Shown: positions 16,941 through 23,255 of the stretch, in pieces
How positions within the stretch are numbered: position 1 is the first letter of the stretch
Layout of the letters: each line of letters begins with the position of its first letter
Assembly (NCBI GenBank): GCA_046757025.1
Contig: JBHHXN010000079.1
Coordinates: forward strand, 1-23,255
DNA from: a bacterium
GTDB lineage: Bacteria > Zhuqueibacterota > Zhuqueibacteria > Oceanimicrobiales > Oceanimicrobiaceae
Length of the DNA stretch: 23,255 bases
Direction of reading: 5' to 3'
The notes under the pieces: model-generated
What the model saw: only the letters and a program-made list of their open reading frames with translations
The model's database searches: none
Told to the model about the DNA's origin: nothing
Program-made: the position numbers and the translations under genes

Positions 16941-18068
16941 ATGCAAACCACGATCGAGAATAGACTGGAAATTTCAGAGAAAGCCCGCCAACTCACTGCA
17001 AACTGCCCGGTCATCGATCTGCACGTCGATGCGGTTTTACAGCATCTGCTTTTCGGTTATAATATCGCCGAAGAGCACAACGCGAGCTGGCTGCCGTCAA
17101 AACGTCGCTGGCTGTTTCAATTTCTCCAAAGCATTGGCAGGCTGCAACATTTTCATCGACCGTTTTTCAATCACATCGATCTGCCGCGCATGCAAAAGGG
17201 CGGTTACACCGCGGCAGGATTCGGTATCCATTACTGGCCGTTTCAATCCGAAAAAGGCTGGCACACCATTCTGAGGCAAATAGATTACCTGCATCAAAAA
17301 GCTGAACAAGTCAGCTATTTTAATCTTGCTAAAACGCCAGAGGCCATCCTGCATGCTGCTCAGAATAATCAACTGGCGGGATTCCTGGGCGTGGAGGGCG
17401 CGCATTGTCTGGGAAAAAGCGGTGAAAAATTCTGGAATTTAAAATTGCAGCGGGTGGAGGAATTATTCAATCAGCACGACGTGCGCTATCTCACTTTAAG
17501 CCATTTTTGTAAGAACGACGCCGCCACACCCTGCCTTGGTCGGGGCAGCAACCAGCGCGATGGACTGACGGCATTTGGAAAAGATCTGGTGCAGAAAATG
17601 AACGAGCTGGGCATGATCATCGACCTGGCACACGTCAATCATCCCGGCGTTTTAGACGCCTGCAAATTCAGCCGCAAACCGGTGGTGGTCACTCACACTG
17701 GCGTTAAGGCCGTCCATGATTTCCCGCGCAACATCAACGATGAAGCCATCTGTGCTGTGGCGGAAACCGGCGGAGTGGTGGGAGTGATGTTTGCCACCAA
17801 CTTTCTGTCGCCTGCTCAACCGCACGTCAACTCTGAAATTATTTTGGAGCACCTAGGGCACATCATCAATTTGGTGGGAGAAAATCACGCTGCCATCGGC
17901 TCCGATTTTGACGGCTGGATACCCCGCATTCCCATCGATATGACCGACGCCCGAGACCTGCCGATTTTAACCCAGCATTTTTTAATGGCCGGGTTTACGA
18001 AAAAAAGAATCGAAAAAATACTTGGGGGAAATTTTCTACGTGTTTGGAAAGAAGTATTAAACCATTGA
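16941..18068 (+). CDS. Membrane dipeptidase family (peptidase M19, amidohydrolase fold)
   Basis: DLHVD, DLPRMQKGG, GVEGAH, IIDLAH, THT, PRNIND, GSDFDG, KILGGNFLRV. Confidence 0.93.
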   Translation: MQTTIENRLEISEKARQLTANCPVIDLHVDAVLQHLLFGYNIAEEHNASWLPSKRRWLFQFLQSIGRLQHFHRPFFNHIDLPRMQKGGYTAAGFGIHYWPFQSEKGWHTILRQIDYLHQKAEQVSYFNLAKTPEAILHAAQNNQLAGFLGVEGAHCLGKSGEKFWNLKLQRVEELFNQHDVRYLTLSHFCKNDAATPCLGRGSNQRDGLTAFGKDLVQKMNELGMIIDLAHVNHPGVLDACKFSRKPVVVTHTGVKAVHDFPRNINDEAICAVAETGGVVGVMFATNFLSPAQPHVNSEIILEHLGHIINLVGENHAAIGSDFDGWIPRIPIDMTDARDLPILTQHFLMAGFTKKRIEKILGGNFLRVWKEVLNH

Positions 18069-18482
18069 GTTTGGTTCATTCACACGTTTAAACAAACGTT
18101 TAATCCACGGGAAAAGCAGATACACGCCCCATCCGAAAATCACCCCGGCGCCATCCGCCAAAAAATCGTGCACGGTGGCCATGCGGCCGGGCACAAATTT
18201 TTGGTGAATTTCGTCCGAAGCGCCATATAACACCCCGATCAAAATAACCGTCATTCCCAGCTTAAAATTACGGCGCTTGGGTGACTTAAGCAGGGCATGG
18301 GACAACAGGACACCAAAAATGGCAAACTCGATAAAATGCAAAAACAAATCCTTGACTTTGATGACTAATTTGGGTATGGATGCAGAAGGAATGGAGGAGC
18401 CAATAAAAATGGCCATCGCCCAGAGTATGGCAGGAAAGTAATATCGATAAAAGTTGTTTAGCGAATTAGCAGGCACGGTCAC
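18057..18482 (-). CDS. VanZ-like membrane protein
   Basis: LHFIEFAIFG...YGASDEIHQKFVPGR...DFLAD, with an AGGAG RBS upstream of the GTG start. Confidence 0.9.
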   Translation of the reverse strand: MTVPANSLNNFYRYYFPAILWAMAIFIGSSIPSASIPKLVIKVKDLFLHFIEFAIFGVLLSHALLKSPKRRNFKLGMTVILIGVLYGASDEIHQKFVPGRMATVHDFLADGAGVIFGWGVYLLFPWIKRLFKRVNEPNSMV

Positions 18483-18554
18483 GTAAATTTTTCTCCTTTC
18501 AACAAATTACTCATATTACGAACTTATATGAAAGACCAAACAGTCATGCATCGG

Positions 18555-18769
18555 TGCTCCCCGCTCGCGTTTTAACACAAAATATAATTATTATCTGCTC
18601 CCAATGCGTTGGATATTTTATTTCAAACAATTGCGACTCGGAATGTAACGTAAAAACTCGCATACGTGCTCCCATTTTAGTGAACCGTGATTCGGGAGCA
18701 CGCCATTGTAATGTTTATCGCACACAGTTGTTATTTTATGCTGTTTTTTAGTAACTTATGAATGCTCCC
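18555..18769. repeat. Cluster of TGCTCCC heptamers (4 direct, 1 inverted) with a 9-bp hairpin
   Basis: TGCTCCC at 18555, 18596, 18667 and 18763, GGGAGCA at 18694. Stem CGTGCTCCC (18665-18673) / GGGAGCACG (18694-18702). Confidence 0.75.
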
Positions 18770-18851
18770 GTTTTATCTCGCTGTCAGTCCACGATGCTTT
18801 GCTTCAAAGATTACCTACCTTGTCCAAAATTATGAAATAACCGATTAACGC

Positions 18852-19223
18852 TCACAATTTTTCCACCAGAACCACGGCAGCCGCGTATTCCTTTGTGTGA
18901 GTAAGGCTTAATTTTACTTTGCGCTTTTCCACCAGCTTTTTGGTGACCCCTTGCACCACGAATGCGGGCTTACCGCTGTTTTCATTGAACACTTCCACAT
19001 CGGTCCAGATGAAATGTTTGCACCAACCGTGGCCCAACGCTTTTGCCAGAGCTTCCTTGGCGGCAAACCGCGCTGCAAAACACTGAGCCTGGTTGGCTCT
19101 TTCGCTGCATTGCTGAATTTCACATGGAGTGAAGAGTCGGTGGGTAAATCGCTCCTCCCACTTTATTAGCATGCGATGGATACGTTCCACTTCGACGATG
19201 TCGATGCCGATTCCTGCTACCAA
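18852..19223 (-). CDS. acpS: Holo-[acyl-carrier-protein] synthase
   Basis: GIGIDIVEVERI, FAARFAAKEALAKALG, SGKP, LSLTH; 123 aa. Confidence 0.96.
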   Translation of the reverse strand: MVAGIGIDIVEVERIHRMLIKWEERFTHRLFTPCEIQQCSERANQAQCFAARFAAKEALAKALGHGWCKHFIWTDVEVFNENSGKPAFVVQGVTKKLVEKRKVKLSLTHTKEYAAAVVLVEKL

Positions 19224-19263
19224 AGGTATTTTCCTTTAATCCGCTTCGTGTTTTTTATCGATT

Positions 19264-19292
19264 AATTTATGTTTAATTTAAAGAAGATGCAA
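19264..19292 (-). promoter_or_regulatory. sigma70-type promoter for acpS
   Basis: Minus strand TTGCAT-17 bp-TAAATT. Confidence 0.45.
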
Positions 19293-19303
19293 ACATTTTC
19301 TGC

Positions 19304-19332
19304 TTGACAGTTACCAATTTTTGCCGTAATTT
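19304..19332 (+). promoter_or_regulatory. sigma70-type promoter for the ECF sigma at 19362
   Basis: TTGACA-17 bp-TAATTT. Confidence 0.55.
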
Positions 19333-19361
19333 TTTTTCTGAACAATTATAAGAAAAACCTA

Positions 19362-19934
19362 GTGCAAAACTCCAGCTCAGAATTAATCAAAAAAGCTATC
19401 GAAGGTGACGAAGCTGCCTATAAGCAACTGTTAGATAATTATCGTGGTGCAATTTTTAATCTCCTTTACAAGATGGTACGCAACAAAGAAGAAACCGAAG
19501 ATCTCGTTCAGGAAGCATTCATGAAGGCCTTCAAAGCGCTGCCTTCGTTCAATGAGGAATACGCTTTCTCAACCTGGCTGTACAAAATTGCCATCAACAA
19601 CTGCATCGACCACATGCGAAAAAAGAAGCTAAAAACATACTCCATCAACAAACCGGTGCAATCGAAGGACGGCGAGCTGGGACGGGAGTTTCCGGACATA
19701 TCCATGAGCCCGGACAAAAACATTCTTTCCGAAGAAAAATCCAGTCTCATCGAAAACGCCATCGCCGAGCTTCCCGAAAATTACAAAATGGCCATCATTT
19801 TAAGACACAGCGAAGAAAAGTCCTACGAGGAGATCGCCCAAATCATGAACATTCCTTTGGGCACAGTAAAAGCGCGCATTTTCAGAGCGCGTGAAATGCT
19901 CAAAAAAAAGTTGAAAGGCAAAATGCTTTGCTAA
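19362..19934 (+). CDS. ECF RNA polymerase sigma factor (RpoE/SigW-like)
   Basis: EDLVQEAFMKAF, FSTWLYKIAINNCIDHMRK, SYEEIAQIMNIPLGTVKARIFRAR. Confidence 0.95.
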   Translation: MQNSSSELIKKAIEGDEAAYKQLLDNYRGAIFNLLYKMVRNKEETEDLVQEAFMKAFKALPSFNEEYAFSTWLYKIAINNCIDHMRKKKLKTYSINKPVQSKDGELGREFPDISMSPDKNILSEEKSSLIENAIAELPENYKMAIILRHSEEKSYEEIAQIMNIPLGTVKARIFRAREMLKKKLKGKMLC

Positions 19935-20863
19935 AGTTTTTTTTGCTCTTTCACAAATTGGTTGAGCACGCCATAACGCAAACCGCGGTCGCTCACAATT
20001 ACCTGCTCCATTTTGAACGCTCTCATAATTTCCAATAAAATCATGCCTCCTGCTAAAATCACATCGGCGCGTTCCGGCTGCAGACCTGGCAGATTCTTTT
20101 TTTCTGCGAGGGTTTTGCTTTTCAACTCTTCAACCAAATGAGCTATCTGCAGCGCAGTTAAGGTCAATTTATCCACTTTCTCCGGCACATAGTTTGAAAG
20201 TTTGAGATGCATGGCCGCAAGCGTGGTGACGGTGCCTGCTACACCGACAAAATGGTTGGCATCAGTCTGCCACTCCGAAAAGTGTTGGTCGATCTGATTT
20301 TGAACGGCGCTTCTGAGCTGACGAAACTCGCGGTCACTGATCGGGTCCTTTTTGATGAACCGCTCGGTTAATCTCACCGAACCGATGTCAATACTTTTGG
20401 ATTTGTGAATGTTCAGGTTGTCTCCCAGGATACATTCGGTACTGCCGCCGCCAATGTCGATGAGCAATATTTCTCCCTGCAAATGCGGTTTGTTGGAAAG
20501 CGCCCCAAAGTAGGTTACCCGGGCTTCTTTTGCGCCAGACAATATCTGCAGCTCTACCCCGAATTCGGATTTGATTTGGTGAATCAACTCAGAGCGGTTA
20601 GCAGCATCCCGCACCGCGCTGGTGCCGGTGATCAAAACACGCTCGGCATGAAATTGGGCCGCCAAATGGAAATAGGCACGCAAAGCACGCAAGGTTCTGG
20701 CAATGGCTTGTTCGCTCAACTTTTTATTTTTGTCCACACCCTCGCCCAAGCGAACGATTTTTTCTTCTTGATATAACGGCCGTATTTCACCTTTGTCAGA
20801 AACTTCGGCCACCAGAAGTAATGCGGTGTTGGTACCAATGTCAATGGCTGCCAGACGACTCAT
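19931..20863 (-). CDS. Ppx/GppA family phosphatase (exopolyphosphatase, short form)
   Basis: AAIDIGTNT, VRLGEG, TSAVRDAAN, IDIGGGSTE, GSVRLTE, RADVI..G, VSDRGLRYG. Start moved to ATG 20863 (MSRLAAID), which has a GAGG RBS. Confidence 0.93.
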   Translation of the reverse strand: MSRLAAIDIGTNTALLLVAEVSDKGEIRPLYQEEKIVRLGEGVDKNKKLSEQAIARTLRALRAYFHLAAQFHAERVLITGTSAVRDAANRSELIHQIKSEFGVELQILSGAKEARVTYFGALSNKPHLQGEILLIDIGGGSTECILGDNLNIHKSKSIDIGSVRLTERFIKKDPISDREFRQLRSAVQNQIDQHFSEWQTDANHFVGVAGTVTTLAAMHLKLSNYVPEKVDKLTLTALQIAHLVEELKSKTLAEKKNLPGLQPERADVILAGGMILLEIMRAFKMEQVIVSDRGLRYGVLNQFVKEQKKL

Positions 20864-21755
20864 TTTTACTTTTTCCTCGAAAAACCAAACTCGCCCAGCC
20901 ATCTTGAATTCGCTCATCCAATAAAGTTAATCCGTGATTTTTTTCACCTGCTTTGAGTAGCGCTTCCCGCTCTTCCTGCAAAATACCTGAGATGATCAAA
21001 TAGCCGGAGCTGCTCAATCGAAGCCGCAATTCCTCCATCCAGGTTAAAATGACGGTTTTATTGATATTTGCCAGAATGAGATCAAACGATGGGCAATGGT
21101 TTGAAAGGGCGCTGAGCTCCCCGGCAAATAAAATCAAATTCGATTGAACCCGATTCAGCTTAAAATTCTCTTTGGCGCATTCTGCAGCCAGCGGGTCCAC
21201 ATCCAGGGCCACCACCTGACTGGCGCCCAGCTTGCCTGCGGTAACAGCCAGAATCCCCGACCCGGTTCCCACATCCAGCACGACCTGACCGGGTTTAAAA
21301 TAAGTTTCAAGAAACATCAAAGCCAGGCGAGTGGTCGCATGGTCGCCGGTGCCGAAAGCCTGTTTGGGATCGATTTCAATAATGCAGCCCTTAAAAGGTT
21401 GGGTCAAATTCTCCCAGGTTGGTTTTATCGCAATTTGGTCGGAGATGACGATGGGTTTAAAATGCCGGCGCCAGACGGCATTCCAGTCGAGCTTTTCGAC
21501 ACATTGAATTTTGATGGCAGCCTGCGGTACATCAAAACCCAGGCTCAATAGCTCGCTTAAATACTTTCTCATTTTTTTACGAAGGTCCACCGGCAAGTTT
21601 TGCTCGCAAAAGGTGGCCACCAACTTGTTTTCCAGCTCAAAACATCCTGCGCAACCCAGCTCGAAAAGATAATTGCTGACTCCTTCGGCAATCGCCGGAG
21701 AGATCGTCACATGCACTTCGTACCAGAGCGCGTCATTGTTCAAAGAGCGCCTCAT
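20841..21755 (-). CDS. prmA: Ribosomal protein L11 methyltransferase
   Basis: DWNAVWRRHFKP, IDPKQAFGTGDHATT, VLDVGTGSGIL, LILANI, LIISGIL. Confidence 0.94.
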   Translation of the reverse strand: MRRSLNNDALWYEVHVTISPAIAEGVSNYLFELGCAGCFELENKLVATFCEQNLPVDLRKKMRKYLSELLSLGFDVPQAAIKIQCVEKLDWNAVWRRHFKPIVISDQIAIKPTWENLTQPFKGCIIEIDPKQAFGTGDHATTRLALMFLETYFKPGQVVLDVGTGSGILAVTAGKLGASQVVALDVDPLAAECAKENFKLNRVQSNLILFAGELSALSNHCPSFDLILANINKTVILTWMEELRLRLSSSGYLIISGILQEEREALLKAGEKNHGLTLLDERIQDGWASLVFRGKSKNESSGSH

Positions 21756-22713
21756 CGTAGATCAAACCCAAAATAAGCGTGCCGATTTCTTTCAAACTCT
21801 CCGCACTACATTTATCCGGCGTGTCCTGAAGTGTATGCCAGTGTTCATAATCGAAATCGATGATATCGATGCACGGAATTCCACTTTTTAAAAGCGGAAG
21901 ATGATCGTCGGTCACCTGATACCCGGCCGTGGGAATGAAAGAATTTAATCCTAACGCCTGGGCCTTTTGCCAGACCCGGTCGACGATGTGGGGAGCGTAC
22001 TTTATGGAATTTTCTTCTTTGTAAATCTGCAAATTTTTGTCCCCAACCATATCCAGCAAAATTCCCAATGCCGGTCGATAGCGGAAGTCTTTATTCCTGG
22101 CGAAGAACTGCGAACCCAGAGCATAGGATTCGTCGTTGCCGGGCAATCCCGAATCTTCGCCGTCAAACAAAATGATGTCCACACCAAAGGGGGCAGCGAA
22201 TTCCTGCAGCACGCGAGCGACTTCCAGCAGCACCGCTACGCCCGAAGCGCCATCGTTGGCTCCGAGAATGGGTTTGTTCTGGTTTTCGGCAACCGTATCC
22301 TGGTCTGCCCAGGGCCGCGTATCCCAGTGGGCACAGAGCAAAATTCTTTTACCCTTATTCACCGCAAAGCTGGCGATGACGTTGGTCATGGTTACGTTTT
22401 TATGATTGTTCGTCGCCAGTGGCCTAGTAAAATTCTGCAGTGACACCTGTGCGCCAAACGATTTCAATTCGGAAGTTAAGAATTGTAAGCAGGCTTGATG
22501 CGCTTGCGTGCCCGGCACCCGGGGACCAAATTCGCACTGCTTCTCCAGGTAAGTAAATGCCCGCTGGCCATCGAAAGCTGAAACGGCCTTTTGAATATCA
22601 TTTCCGCAGGCTGTCTGTACCAGACTAAGAAAAGTAATCCAGATACAAAATACACTTTTGGTGGAATGATTCTTTTTGTTTTTGGAAGACACGTTAAATA
22701 ATAAGATACTCAA
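21733..22713 (-). CDS. Peptidase M28 family (glutaminyl cyclase-like), exported
   Basis: FGPRVPG, AHWDTRP, GANDGASGVAVLLE, FDGED, LDMVG, DDH.P, WHT..DT. The N-terminal hydrophobic segment ends TAC. Start may be GTG 22692. Confidence 0.92.
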   Translation of the reverse strand: MSILLFNVSSKNKKNHSTKSVFCIWITFLSLVQTACGNDIQKAVSAFDGQRAFTYLEKQCEFGPRVPGTQAHQACLQFLTSELKSFGAQVSLQNFTRPLATNNHKNVTMTNVIASFAVNKGKRILLCAHWDTRPWADQDTVAENQNKPILGANDGASGVAVLLEVARVLQEFAAPFGVDIILFDGEDSGLPGNDESYALGSQFFARNKDFRYRPALGILLDMVGDKNLQIYKEENSIKYAPHIVDRVWQKAQALGLNSFIPTAGYQVTDDHLPLLKSGIPCIDIIDFDYEHWHTLQDTPDKCSAESLKEIGTLILGLIYDEALFEQ

Positions 22714-22817
22714 GGTTCGCAGTTAGATAATTTAAACAAAATCAAATACGGTTCAGGCCGATGAATTCGTATTTCAGCAATTCATCAGAAAGAGATTTCA
22801 TGACTATTCCATAATTT

Positions 22818-22947
22818 GTGTCTGAACGAAAACTCATGAAACGCGCGATTTAAAAACCACTTTGCGAAGGCGTGCCCGCCAAGCGAGGCACAATTCACCC
22901 TCGGCCAGGAGGCCTTCGGGAAGATCAGGTGGTTTTCGTTCAGACAC
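22818..22947. mobile_element. 130-bp MITE-like element with perfect 16-bp terminal inverted repeats
   Basis: GTGTCTGAACGAAAAC (22818-22833) and GTTTTCGTTCAGACAC (22932-22947), with no recognisable gene inside. Confidence 0.65.
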
Positions 22948-22971
22948 TATTTACCTATTCTAATCTTTCTC

Positions 22972-23055
22972 TTTAACGCAGAGGCCGCCGAGGACGCAGA
23001 GAAAAATATCTCACTCTGCGAGACGCTCTGCGCTCTCCGCGGCCTCTGCGTTAAA
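22972..23055. repeat. 84-bp palindromic repeat built from CGCAGAG/CTCTGCG units
   Basis: Perfect 17-bp arms TTTAACGCAGAGGCCGC / GCGGCCTCTGCGTTAAA. Inner CGCAGAG at 22995, CTCTGCG at 23014 and 23026. Confidence 0.8.
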
Positions 23056-23255
23056 ATCAAAGGGGTTATTTGATAATCCGGTGTTCTGTGGCAAAGCGCC
23101 TTTTTTATCGAAAAACAAAAAGTCGATTGTAAAATGACTTCTTAAATAAATGGCTGCATTCTCCTATTTTCGAATTTTTGTAACTAAAATTATTATAACC
23201 AGCATTATAGTATTACTTCTGAACTTTTGCATTTTTTTACAAGAAAATGGCTAAA

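Noticed and set aside
18555..18769. CRISPR array, or the 65-aa ORF 18554-18751
   Set aside because: Repeats are only 7 bp with irregular spacing. The ORF has no RBS or recognisable features.
23247..23255. ATGGCTAAA as the start of the next gene
   Set aside because: Only three codons visible and no clear RBS, so it cannot be supported

Overview
Bacterial chromosomal window from a diderm (lipoproteins and a possible outer-membrane protein are present). An FCB-superphylum relative such as KSB1 or Calditrichaeota is my inference only. The left flank carries rtcA (runs off the window and is absent from the ORF track), a MORC-like GHKL ATPase, nadE, an alpha/beta hydrolase, a secreted unknown and a purple-acid-phosphatase-type lipoprotein. 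The right flank carries an M19 dipeptidase, a VanZ-like protein, acpS, an ECF sigma, a Ppx/GppA phosphatase, prmA, an M28 peptidase and two palindromic repeat elements. The centre (8310-16496) is a visibly more AT-rich, co-oriented 7-gene cluster. Its order is: divergent ECF sigma; soluble double HxxxCxxC zinc-finger protein; double-zinc-finger-TM-TPR anti-sigma; membrane domain fused to an HEXXH..DEY metallopeptidase; single-pass membrane protein; TM-TPR-CHAT caspase-like protease with intact His/Cys; small membrane protein. Two internal paralogies found by eye link the cluster together. Gene 5 carries a copy of the CHAT protein's N-terminal domain, and gene 7 is a stand-alone copy of the metallopeptidase's membrane domain. 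This two-protease sigma/anti-sigma module is the best candidate for an undescribed system. No CRISPR array, tRNA, rRNA, integrase or transposase was seen.
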